From an uncultured Anaerolineales bacterium (GTDB taxonomy: Bacteria > Chloroflexota > Anaerolineae > B4-G1 > SLSP01), in assembly GCA_964496595.1 (NCBI GenBank), contig CAZCAI010000002.1:3782-67781 (forward strand): 64,000 nucleotides of DNA, given 5' to 3'. A model generated the notes under the pieces. The model was given only the letters and a program-made list of their open reading frames with translations. It was not told where the DNA came from and did not search any database. The first letter of the stretch is position 1, and every line of letters begins with the position of its first letter. Of the stretch, positions 1 to 8,716 are shown in pieces. A program made the translations under genes and the position numbers.

Positions 1-2
1 GT

Positions 3-638
3 CGCACGCCCACGCAATACGTCGCCAAGCTGGCAAAGATGGGCGTCGCGACGACGACGGATCATGTGCTCAACTCCTCGATTGCCACCGCCGCCTATCT
101 GGTGGAGCACGCGCCCGCGGATGCGGTCATCTATCCCATCGGCGGGCCGGGGATCTTCGATGCGCTGCAAGACCAGGGCTTTCGGCTCTCCGCCGGCGAC
201 CGCGCCGATTATGTGGTCGTCAGTTGGGACCGCGACCTTTCATGGCACAAGCTGGCCGCTGCCACCCGCCTGATCCGCGAGGGAGCGGCCTTCATCGGCA
301 CCAATCCCGACGTCACCTTCCCGATGGAGACGACGTTGGTGCCAGGCGCCGGCGCGCAACTGGCGTTATTGGAGGCCAGCACCGACGTCGCACCGACGGT
401 CATCGGCAAGCCGGAACCCATCCTCTACCAACAGGCGATGGCGCGGATGCAGGCGCGAGCGGAGGAGGTGCTGGTGATCGGCGACCGCTTGAATACCGAC
501 ATCTTGGGCGGCCTGCGCCTGGGAATGATGACCGCGCTGCTGCTCTCTGGCGTCACCACACGCGAGGCGTTGGCGCGCTCGCCCATCCACCCCGATCTGG
601 TCTTCGAGGATCTGGCGGAACTGGTGGCGGCCTGGTAA
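3..638 (+). CDS. HAD-IIA family hydrolase (NagD-like), 5'-truncated by window edge
   Basis: Frame is open from position 3 (RTPTQYVAKLAKMGV...); motifs FIGTNPD, GKPEP and IGDRLNTDILGG typical of NagD/HAD-IIA. Confidence 0.85.
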   Translation, partial: RTPTQYVAKLAKMGVATTTDHVLNSSIATAAYLVEHAPADAVIYPIGGPGIFDALQDQGFRLSAGDRADYVVVSWDRDLSWHKLAAATRLIREGAAFIGTNPDVTFPMETTLVPGAGAQLALLEASTDVAPTVIGKPEPILYQQAMARMQARAEEVLVIGDRLNTDILGGLRLGMMTALLLSGVTTREALARSPIHPDLVFEDLAELVAAW

Positions 639-650
639 CATAGCCAGACA

Positions 651-748
651 AACCTTGCGAAGGTTCCTGGATAATTTTCTATCCAACCTATCTTTCGCTG
701 GGCAGTTATAGCTTAGTTTCAAAGAGCCTATGCAACCTTCGCAAGGGT
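651..748. repeat. REP-like inverted doublet AACCTT-GCG-AAGGTT / AACCTT-CGC-AAGGGT
   Basis: Palindromes at 651-666 and 734-748 in opposite orientation about 67 bp apart; same doublet at 36121-36217. Confidence 0.65.
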
Positions 749-774
749 AAGCGAATCAATGAGGAGGCAATGAG

Positions 775-1005
775 ATGATTCTTTTCTTCGGCACGCGCGA
801 AGTCGCGCACGAGGATAACAATGGTATGCCACAGCGCGGACGTTGCCCGCAGTGCGGTAATCTGGTCACATTCCAGCCCAAACGCGGGCGGACTTATTTT
901 CACTTTTTCTGGATTCCGGTCATACCGCTGGGCGAAGAGCGGCGCTATATCCAATGCCCGGAGTGCAAAGCGCGCTTACTCGTGCGGACGACTCCAAACG
1001 GATGA
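775..1005 (+). CDS. Small zinc-ribbon protein (zinc_ribbon_15-like)
   Basis: MILFFGT N-terminus, CPQC...CPEC pairs, FHFFWIPVIPLG motif; GAGG RBS upstream. Confidence 0.75.
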   Translation: MILFFGTREVAHEDNNGMPQRGRCPQCGNLVTFQPKRGRTYFHFFWIPVIPLGEERRYIQCPECKARLLVRTTPNG

Positions 1006-1044
1006 CCAATAGCACGCATAACATCATCACAAAAAATAAAGGAA

Positions 1045-2088
1045 ATGGCAATGCAACCTAATCTTTACGATCTGACCTTAGAAGAGCTTGAAGCGCTGAT
1101 GGACACCTGGGGTGAACCGACCTATCGCGCCCGCCAGGTGTGGACGTGGCTCTATCAGCATCTGGCGACGGATGTGCAAGAGATGACCTCGCTGCCCAAG
1201 TCGTTGCGCGAGCACCTGGAGCAGGAGACGCGGCTGGAGGCGCCGATCTTGTTGGCGCATCAGACCTCGTTAGATGGCGCCACGCGCAAGGATCTGCTGG
1301 CGCTGGCCGATGGCGAGCAAATCGAGGTGGTGCTGATGGACTACATCGACCGGCACACGGCATGCATCTCCTCGCAGGTGGGATGCTCCCTGGCGTGCGG
1401 GTTTTGCGCCACCGGCCAGATGGGCTTCGAGCGCAACTTGAGCAGCGGCGAGATCGTAGCGCAGGTGCTGCACGTCGCGCGCGTGCTGGAGGCGGAGGAC
1501 AAGCAGCTCACCAACGTCGTGCTGATGGGGATGGGCGAGCCATTCCTCAACTATGACAACGTGATGAGCGCCATCCAGCGCCTGCATGATCCCGACGGCT
1601 TCAACATGGGCCAGCGGCGCTTCACCATCAGCACCGCCGGCATCGTGCCGGGAATGCGGCGCTTCACCGCGGAGGACACCCAGATCAACCTCTCCGTCTC
1701 GCTGCACGCCGCGACCAACGCGCTGCGCAGCGAACTGATGCCCATCAACCAGCGTTACAGCCTGGACGACGTGCTCTTAGCGGTACAGGATTACATCGAG
1801 GCGACGAATCGTCGCGTGACCTTCGAGTGGGCGCTGATCCAAGAGGTCAATGATACCGTGCAGCAGGCCGAGGCGCTGGTTGCACGCATCAAGGGGATGT
1901 TGGTGCACGTCAACCTCATCCCGATGAATCCCACCACCGCCTACGATGCGCGGCCCTCCCATCAAGAGCGCATCGAGGCCTTCACCAAGGTGCTGGAACG
2001 CCATCACATCTCCTACACGATGCGCCTGCGTCGCGGCATCGATATCCAGGCTGGATGCGGGCAACTTCGGCAAAGAGAAGGGAGATAG
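1045..2088 (+). CDS. rlmN: 23S rRNA (adenine2503-C2)/tRNA methyltransferase RlmN, radical SAM
   Basis: CISSQVGCSLACGFCATG, MGMGEP, SLHA and C-terminal IQAGCGQL motifs. Confidence 0.95.
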   Translation: MAMQPNLYDLTLEELEALMDTWGEPTYRARQVWTWLYQHLATDVQEMTSLPKSLREHLEQETRLEAPILLAHQTSLDGATRKDLLALADGEQIEVVLMDYIDRHTACISSQVGCSLACGFCATGQMGFERNLSSGEIVAQVLHVARVLEAEDKQLTNVVLMGMGEPFLNYDNVMSAIQRLHDPDGFNMGQRRFTISTAGIVPGMRRFTAEDTQINLSVSLHAATNALRSELMPINQRYSLDDVLLAVQDYIEATNRRVTFEWALIQEVNDTVQQAEALVARIKGMLVHVNLIPMNPTTAYDARPSHQERIEAFTKVLERHHISYTMRLRRGIDIQAGCGQLRQREGR

Positions 2089-2357
2089 CGGGAGATTTAG
2101 CTATTCACCGTGAAGTTGTGCTCTTTAAATGATCAATATATACTGGGTATATTAACATACAAAAAAAATCAATGCGTACTTACAACCCCTAACCCAGCTT
2201 CATAGAAGGGTTGGTTACGCTCTCCTGAATGGACGTTACTTCCTCTCACCACCTAAATCAACTACCGTTCATCTTGTAAGGAGGTGATTCTCTGAAAAAT
2301 GATCAAAAAGAAGGCCCACAGTTCTATATTCACTCATAATCATAGCAGGAGGTTCAA

Positions 2358-2654
2358 ATGGACTGGCGAGATTTTCTGAGTTTCAAACGTATGATCACCC
2401 CGGTGATTATCAAATTTTTCTTCGCGATAGGCATTGGGATCAGTGTGTTAGTCGGCATTGGGGTCTTTTTTGGGGGTGTTATCGGCGGAATCTCCGAAGG
2501 CAGTTTCGGCGCAGTGCTGGGGGGCTTTATTATGGGCCCGCTCGTGATCGTGCTAGGCGTTTTAAGTGTCCGCATTTACGCCGAGTTGTTGATCTTAGCA
2601 TTTCAAATCAATGAGACCCTCACCGACATACGGAACTTGTTGGAACGGAGATAG
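2358..2654 (+). CDS. DUF4282-like small membrane protein
   Basis: FLSFKRMITPVIIKFFF N-terminus, two TM segments, RIYAELLILAFQINETL motif; AGGAGG RBS. Confidence 0.75.
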   Translation: MDWRDFLSFKRMITPVIIKFFFAIGIGISVLVGIGVFFGGVIGGISEGSFGAVLGGFIMGPLVIVLGVLSVRIYAELLILAFQINETLTDIRNLLERR

Positions 2655-2845
2655 CCCCGTAAGCCTATAGAGCATCAAATAGCCAGGGCGTCCTTGGGAT
2701 GGGGACTAAAACATCGCCTATGTATCCCCCAAGAGCAATTTTAGTCCCCATTTGGCTCCAACGCGCTCTCTACGCGGGGAACATCCCGCCGCCCCATCCA
2801 TCAGCACCCAAGCAATCATCACAACATAAAAAGGAGATTTCCACG

Positions 2846-4495
2846 ATGAATCAGGCATTTAAGCCCCTAATCAAATCTCGTTTCGCTCTGATAATCTTAA
2901 TGATCCTCAGTGTGTGGCTTTCCTCGTGCGCCGGCACTGTCGAAATGGACATCACCGTATATTCCGGCGACCGGTATCAACAGGAGATGATTCTCACCTT
3001 TGCCGAAGAAATGGTGGAACTTTCGGGGGGCATAGAAGAGATCGAGCGCCTGCTGGACGAAATGGTCGCCGAAGCGGAAGCCGAAGGAGGAAGTATCAGT
3101 TGGCGACAAGTAAAAAGTCGGCAAGATGATACTATCCAGTACGAAATCCAGCAGGAGATTACGGACATCACGAACGCAAGCACCGATGGGTTCCGGTGGG
3201 AAGAAATCGACCACAACGATAGCCGGGCTTACAGATTCGAGTATGCCAATATTTCCGATATGGACATGTACTTTCAAGATTTCACCCTCACCCTTCACGC
3301 CGGCAAGATACTGGAGAGCAATGGGGAAGAGGTGGATGCACGTACTGCGCAATGGAAAAATCCAAGCCAATACTCATCCCCTTACGCGATTGTACAACCC
3401 AAAAGCGTTGCGGCATGGCTCCCCTTGGCCGCCGGTCTCTTATTCCTTGCGGCTATCGGAATTGTACTCTTCCTGCTCCGGTCGGGACGCTTGCAAGAGT
3501 GGTTCTCTGCGGGGATCTCAACTGGCAAATGGCGCGTGCAGGCGATGAAATTAAGCAATGAACATACCCATCTGGAAAAGGACAAGAAACAATTAGTCTC
3601 TGAATTGGGGGCCAAGGCCTGGTCCGCGCGCGTCACGCACCCCGATTATGAAGATCTCTACAATCAATTGGAAACGCTAGATGAGCAACGGGCCGAACTG
3701 AAAGAACAGCGAGAAACGGCCGCGCAACAATTACAAGAAGTACAGCAAACGTACGGCCAAACCGAATCCGAATACGCAACCCGCATCAACAACCTGCAAG
3801 AGGAGCTCAAAAACACCAAGAACCATCTCGAACAAATCCGTTCGGATAAAGCCTCCTTTGAGAAGCAGGAGAAAAAGGCGCAGAAAAATCGAGAGGAGAC
3901 CCAGGCAGAAATTCAATCGCTGCGGGATAGATTATCTCAAGTGCCCGCCTCGGATGCGCCGGAAGCGGATGAGCAATCCACAACCCTCACCAACGCAATT
4001 GCGGCGCTTGAGCAATCCCTATCCCAAATGGCGGATGAGATATCACATCTGCAATCAGAGATTCAGCGCTCGGAGACGGAGCAACAGCCCCTGGCAGAAA
4101 AAGTCGATCATCTGAAGCAAAAAATTGAACAAGAGCAAGCGGAAAAACGCGAGGTTTTAGCCCCCTTAGATCGCCAAATAGTGACGCTGCAAGAAGAAAT
4201 CAAAGCCACCGACAAACAGCTCTCTGCGGTCACTCAAGAGATGACGCCCCTCATTGACAATCTGGGGTCGTATGTAGATCGCGCGCGACCCGAATCCCCG
4301 GCGTTATCTGAGCTATACGCGAAGCTCGACCAAGCCTATCGCGAGTTAGCCGGCGCCTCTCAGCAACAGGATCTGCTGAAAGCGCGGATAGGCGCGGCCG
4401 ATGCGGGCGCAGTGCGGAACTTCTATCTATTCATCGGCGGTATGGGCATCGTGTTGATCCTGATTATCGCCTTGTTAATGATTGGCTTAAAATAA
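2846..4495 (+). CDS. Putative lipoprotein: LppM-like extracellular domain, TM helix, ~280-aa coiled coil, C-terminal TM helix
   Basis: AAGGAG RBS before ATG 2846 (ORF track starts at 2699); lipobox LSSC; hydrophobic stretches WLPLAAGLLFLAAIGIVLFLL and FYLFIGGMGIVLILIIALLMIGL; Glu/Gln/Lys-rich heptads between them. Confidence 0.65.
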   Translation: MNQAFKPLIKSRFALIILMILSVWLSSCAGTVEMDITVYSGDRYQQEMILTFAEEMVELSGGIEEIERLLDEMVAEAEAEGGSISWRQVKSRQDDTIQYEIQQEITDITNASTDGFRWEEIDHNDSRAYRFEYANISDMDMYFQDFTLTLHAGKILESNGEEVDARTAQWKNPSQYSSPYAIVQPKSVAAWLPLAAGLLFLAAIGIVLFLLRSGRLQEWFSAGISTGKWRVQAMKLSNEHTHLEKDKKQLVSELGAKAWSARVTHPDYEDLYNQLETLDEQRAELKEQRETAAQQLQEVQQTYGQTESEYATRINNLQEELKNTKNHLEQIRSDKASFEKQEKKAQKNREETQAEIQSLRDRLSQVPASDAPEADEQSTTLTNAIAALEQSLSQMADEISHLQSEIQRSETEQQPLAEKVDHLKQKIEQEQAEKREVLAPLDRQIVTLQEEIKATDKQLSAVTQEMTPLIDNLGSYVDRARPESPALSELYAKLDQAYRELAGASQQQDLLKARIGAADAGAVRNFYLFIGGMGIVLILIIALLMIGLK

Positions 4496-4520
4496 CCCCC
4501 TCACTACCCAAAAACACAAA

Positions 4521-4562
4521 CAGCGGGAGCAGAGGATGCACCTCCGCTCCCGCTGATCTTTT
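4521..4562. terminator. Hairpin/probable terminator between convergent genes
   Basis: CAGCGGGAGC-AGAGG...CCTCC-GCTCCCGCTG followed by a T-run on the + strand. Confidence 0.5.
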
Positions 4563-4584
4563 TCCCCAGGCGGCCCGCAGCCCG

Positions 4585-6318
4585 CTACATACTATCGATC
4601 TCCTCCTGCTGGCGCTCCAGCCACTTCTGGATGATCTCGAACTCCTCGCGGGCATTCTCCAGATGCTTCCGCTCCGAGCGGATGAAGCGCGTGTAGGGCG
4701 CGATGGCGGCATCGATCTCGCGCAGGCTGCGCGCTAACTCCTTGTCGAATTGAGCGCTCAGCACATGCACCAACTGATCGCGCATCATGGCGATGTTCTC
4801 CTTCAGCTCTTGCTTGAGCCGCCGCCGTTTGTGCGGGATGACGAACAAGCCCATCACGGCGACGGATCCCGCCGCGATAATGCCGGTCAAGTCGGCTGCC
4901 GCCGTCGTCGCCAATGTGGTGACGATGGCGCCCAATCCAATCGCGCCCATCTCTACCAGCGCCGTGCCGGCTACCGCCTGCTGCATCGATTCCGCAATCC
5001 GATCCGCCTCATCATCCTCATCGTAATTCATCGTCGTCTGCTGCACCACGCGGCTCACACCCTCGATCAGGCGCGTGCGATCATAGGCGAAAGAGCCGCC
5101 TACCTGCCCCACTATGTGATCGGCGTGCTTCTCGCGTCGGCTGTTGACATGCTCCATCACCGCTTGCCACTGATGTAACGTGCAGGCCACCAGCCAATCA
5201 ACCAATTCATTGACGCGCGTTTCGATGATTTGAGGCGCATCATCGATGACCTGACGCTCGAAATCCTCGCCCAACTTATCCCGATTGATCAGATCAAAGA
5301 TACGCCCCAGGCGAATCGTCTCATCGAAGTACGCCATCCCCCGGCTCTCGAACTCGTAGAGCACATTATCCACATCTGATAACCGCATCTTGAAATTCGT
5401 GCGCATATCCTCCTCATACATGCGCAACTCGCGCTCCACATCCGCCAGCACCTTGAAATCCTCCCGCAATAAGATCAACCGATCTTCAATAATCTCTAAA
5501 TAGCGCTGGGACAGATGCACACCCACGCCGATGGGATTGCTCAACTTGAGACGGATGCGCTCTTCCTCATCCAACGTGTCAATGATGTAGCGCTCCAGCG
5601 CCGGGAAGCCACTCTCCGCCAGCAGCGCCTCATCCTCCGCCTCCTTAGCCTGTAACGCCATCCGCGCCGAGATGGGGAAAATCTCCGGCTCGAAGCCCAG
5701 CAACGACTCAGCGTTCTTCGCGATGAACGACTCAATATCCGCGACATCGTCCGCCCCTTCCAAGATATCGACCTTGTTGAGGATCACGATGACCTTCTTG
5801 CCCCACTTGCGGATGCGATCCATAAAGACGCGCTCGCTCTCCGTAAAAGGCCGATCCACCGAGGTGACGAAGAGCACCAGATCGGAGCGGGGGACAAACT
5901 CCTGGGTGAGGGTCTCGTGCTCGCGATGGATGGCGTTGGTGCCCGGCGTATCCACGATGTTGATCTCTTCTAATAGCCCGACCGGGGCCGTATAAACATC
6001 CACCGCCGACTCGAACGCCACCCGCTCGAAGCGCGGGCCATTCTTGAGAAGCTGAATACGCGAGGTTGTCGGCGTGACGCCCTCCTCCAGCCATTTCTTG
6101 CCGAAAAGGGCATTAATGAAAGCGCTCTTCCCCGCGTTGAACTCCCCCACAACGACCAGGAGAAACAGCTCATCAAGTTGGCGCACCGAGCGCTCCAATG
6201 TCGCGCGATCCTCGGCGGACGCGCCGAATTTAGCCAGCGCAAGCTGGAAGCTCGTGAGCCAGTGGCGCTCAACGTTGAGTAGGATTTCTTGCTGTTCCGT
6301 CAGGATCTTACGATGCAT
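4585..6318 (-). CDS. Bacterial dynamin-like protein (BDLP/LeoA-like, single GTPase domain)
   Basis: G1 GEFNAGKS, G2 GVTPTT, G3 DTPG, G4 NKVD; hydrophobic hairpin near C-terminus; GGAGG RBS before ATG 6318 (MHRKILTEQQ). Confidence 0.85.
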   Translation of the reverse strand: MHRKILTEQQEILLNVERHWLTSFQLALAKFGASAEDRATLERSVRQLDELFLLVVVGEFNAGKSAFINALFGKKWLEEGVTPTTSRIQLLKNGPRFERVAFESAVDVYTAPVGLLEEINIVDTPGTNAIHREHETLTQEFVPRSDLVLFVTSVDRPFTESERVFMDRIRKWGKKVIVILNKVDILEGADDVADIESFIAKNAESLLGFEPEIFPISARMALQAKEAEDEALLAESGFPALERYIIDTLDEEERIRLKLSNPIGVGVHLSQRYLEIIEDRLILLREDFKVLADVERELRMYEEDMRTNFKMRLSDVDNVLYEFESRGMAYFDETIRLGRIFDLINRDKLGEDFERQVIDDAPQIIETRVNELVDWLVACTLHQWQAVMEHVNSRREKHADHIVGQVGGSFAYDRTRLIEGVSRVVQQTTMNYDEDDEADRIAESMQQAVAGTALVEMGAIGLGAIVTTLATTAAADLTGIIAAGSVAVMGLFVIPHKRRRLKQELKENIAMMRDQLVHVLSAQFDKELARSLREIDAAIAPYTRFIRSERKHLENAREEFEIIQKWLERQQEEIDSM

Positions 6319-6337
6319 ATCGACCTCCTGTCCTGCA

Positions 6338-7297
6338 TCAATCCATGGCCCAGGCGCTGAGATCATCCAACGCCGCGACCTCGTCATCTGTCAGGCGCCA
6401 GCCCAGCGCGCCGGCGTTCTGCTCCACGTGGCGCACGCTCTTGACGCCGGGGATGGGCGCCGCGCCCTTGCAGATCGTCCAGTTCAGTGCAACCTGGACG
6501 GGCGTCTTATCGCCGTGCGCCGCGCCAATCTCCCGCATCTCTGCGATCAAGGGCTGCACGCGCTCCAGAAACTCGCGATTATAGATCCGCGAGCGAGGGC
6601 CGGGCGGCGGATTCTCCGGTGTATATTTGCCGGACAAAATCCCCTTGGCCAGTGGACTGTACGCGATCAGCGTCACATCTAAATCACGGCAAAGTTGGAG
6701 CACGCCGTTGATCTCCGGCTGACGATGCAGGAGACTGTACTCCACTTGATTCGAGGCCAGCGGCACACCTCGCGAGGCCAGTTCACGATGCGCCTTGCCC
6801 ATTTGGACCAAATCGTAATTCGAGACGCCGACCGAGCGCACCAAGCCGTCGGCCACAGCATCAGCCAGCGCATCCATCCACGCAGCGATCGGGATCGGCG
6901 GCAGGGGAAAGTGCATCTGATACAGATCGACCCGCGCCATATCTAAGCGCTTCAAGCTGTGGCGCAGCGCGCGACGCAGGAAGAACTTACCCAATCGAAA
7001 CGGGAACGGCATAAATTTGGAGCCTATGACCAGATCCTCTGGCGCGACCTCCGGATCTTCGCGGATGAAGCGCCCTAACATCCGCTCGGAACGCCCCAGA
7101 CCGTAGACCTCCGCTGTATCGAAGAAATTCACGCCCGATGCGATCACCGCCTCGAAGGCTGCGCGCAGATCCGATTCGCCATACTCCTTGCCGTAGCCCC
7201 ACATCACCGGATCGCCCCAGGCCCACGTCCCGAAGCCCAGCGGGGAAATTTCAATATCCGTCGCTCCTAACTTTATGCGATCTAGCATCTCGGCCAT
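6338..7297 (-). CDS. Aldo/keto reductase
   Basis: GFGTWAWG, FFDTAEVYG, DLYQMH, VGVSN, IAYSPLAKGILSGKY; start overlaps ldh stop (TAATG). Confidence 0.9.
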   Translation of the reverse strand: MAEMLDRIKLGATDIEISPLGFGTWAWGDPVMWGYGKEYGESDLRAAFEAVIASGVNFFDTAEVYGLGRSERMLGRFIREDPEVAPEDLVIGSKFMPFPFRLGKFFLRRALRHSLKRLDMARVDLYQMHFPLPPIPIAAWMDALADAVADGLVRSVGVSNYDLVQMGKAHRELASRGVPLASNQVEYSLLHRQPEINGVLQLCRDLDVTLIAYSPLAKGILSGKYTPENPPPGPRSRIYNREFLERVQPLIAEMREIGAAHGDKTPVQVALNWTICKGAAPIPGVKSVRHVEQNAGALGWRLTDDEVAALDDLSAWAMD

Positions 7298-8244
7298 TAT
7301 GCCTTCTCCGTGACGTGCTCAATTGCCCGGCGAATCACCTCGGCGCTGTTGCGCAACGCCTCCGTCTCCTCGGCATCCAGGTGCAGCGGCAAGGTGGCCA
7401 GGATGCCATCTCCGCCGACCAGGTGCGGTAGGGAGAGCGTCACATCCTCCACACCCTCGACCTCCGCCATCGGCGCGCAGACGGTCAACAGCGCCCGGTG
7501 ATCGTGCCCGATAACATCGACGATGTGCGCCAGCGCGCTCCCGATCCCATAGTAGGTCGCGCCCTTGCCCGCAATGATCTCATAGGCGGCATTGCGCACC
7601 GCGTCGTCGATCTCCTGCTGCTTCTCGGCGCTTAGATCGATGCCGCAGGCGCGCACATACTCCGGCAAAGGCAAACCGCCCACATCCACCAGCGACCAGG
7701 TCAACACCTCAGAATCGCCGTGCTCACCCACGACGTAGCCGTGCACGTGTTGCGCATCGACGCCCAAATGCGCGCCCAGCAGTGCGCGAAAGCGCGCCGT
7801 ATCTAAGGTCGTGCCGGAGCCGAGCACACGCTGGCGGGGCGCGCCCAACTCTTCCGCCGTGGCCGCCGCCAGATGCACCATCACATCCACCGGGTTGGTG
7901 GTGATAAGCAACACCGCCTCCGGCGCGTACTCAAGCACCTGGGGCACAATCTGACGGATGATCGCCGCGTTGCGTCCCACCAACTCCAGGCGCGATTCGC
8001 CCGGCTTCTGGCTCACACCGGCGGTGATGATCACCACCTCGCAGCCGGCCAGATCCGCGTAGCCGCCGGCGCGCACATCGGCCGGATGTACAAAAGGCGC
8101 CGCGTGCAAAATATCGGCGGCCTCCGCCTCCGCCCGCGTCCGATTCAGATCGACCAGCACAATATCGCTCGCCACGCCGCGCATCACCAGCGCATACGCC
8201 GCCGTCGAACCGACAAAACCAGTTCCTACAATACCAACTTTCAT
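7297..8244 (-). CDS. ldh: L-lactate dehydrogenase
   Basis: GTGFVG Rossmann motif, [13 protein letters not shown] (Gln at specificity position indicates LDH rather than MDH), LDTARF, GEHGDS. Confidence 0.9.
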   Translation of the reverse strand: MKVGIVGTGFVGSTAAYALVMRGVASDIVLVDLNRTRAEAEAADILHAAPFVHPADVRAGGYADLAGCEVVIITAGVSQKPGESRLELVGRNAAIIRQIVPQVLEYAPEAVLLITTNPVDVMVHLAAATAEELGAPRQRVLGSGTTLDTARFRALLGAHLGVDAQHVHGYVVGEHGDSEVLTWSLVDVGGLPLPEYVRACGIDLSAEKQQEIDDAVRNAAYEIIAGKGATYYGIGSALAHIVDVIGHDHRALLTVCAPMAEVEGVEDVTLSLPHLVGGDGILATLPLHLDAEETEALRNSAEVIRRAIEHVTEKA

Positions 8245-8648
8245 CGCTCCTCCTTATCCCGACCCGCTTGTGTACCGGAAGAACCCATACGACACGCCTC
8301 CTGAATCGCCTCCAAGAGCTGATCCATATCAAACGGCTTGGCGATGCACCGATCCGCGCCCATCTCCAACGCCCGTTTTTCATTCTTAGAGTTCGTCCAC
8401 GCCGACAGTACAATGATGGGTATATGGCTGATCTCATTATCCGCCCGAATTTTCTCAATGGTCTGGAACCCATCCATCTGCGGCATCTTCAAATCCATCA
8501 AAATCACATCGGGATGCCCCGCCTTGGCCTTCTCATACCCGATCACGCCATTGCGCGCCAACTCAACATCGATGCTCGCCAACTTCAACAGATGGTTGAT
8601 CAGCTCTCGTTGAGAAGGTTGATCTTCTACATATAATACTTTGACCAT
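8241..8648 (-). CDS. Single-domain response regulator (CheY-like)
   Basis: [23 protein letters not shown]; GGAG RBS before ATG 8648; stop overlaps ldh start (ATGA). Confidence 0.85.
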   Translation of the reverse strand: MVKVLYVEDQPSQRELINHLLKLASIDVELARNGVIGYEKAKAGHPDVILMDLKMPQMDGFQTIEKIRADNEISHIPIIVLSAWTNSKNEKRALEMGADRCIAKPFDMDQLLEAIQEACRMGSSGTQAGRDKEER

Positions 8649-8716
8649 CTTGCCACCCTCCACTTTTAAGTCCCGACCTGTGCGGGGGACCGCCCCCCCC
8701 AACTGAAACGATACTG

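Noticed and set aside
2299-2379. 26-aa leader ORF after a perfect AAGGAGGTGAT
   Set aside because: SD-start spacing is long, it overlaps the DUF4282 start out of frame, and there is no attenuator structure
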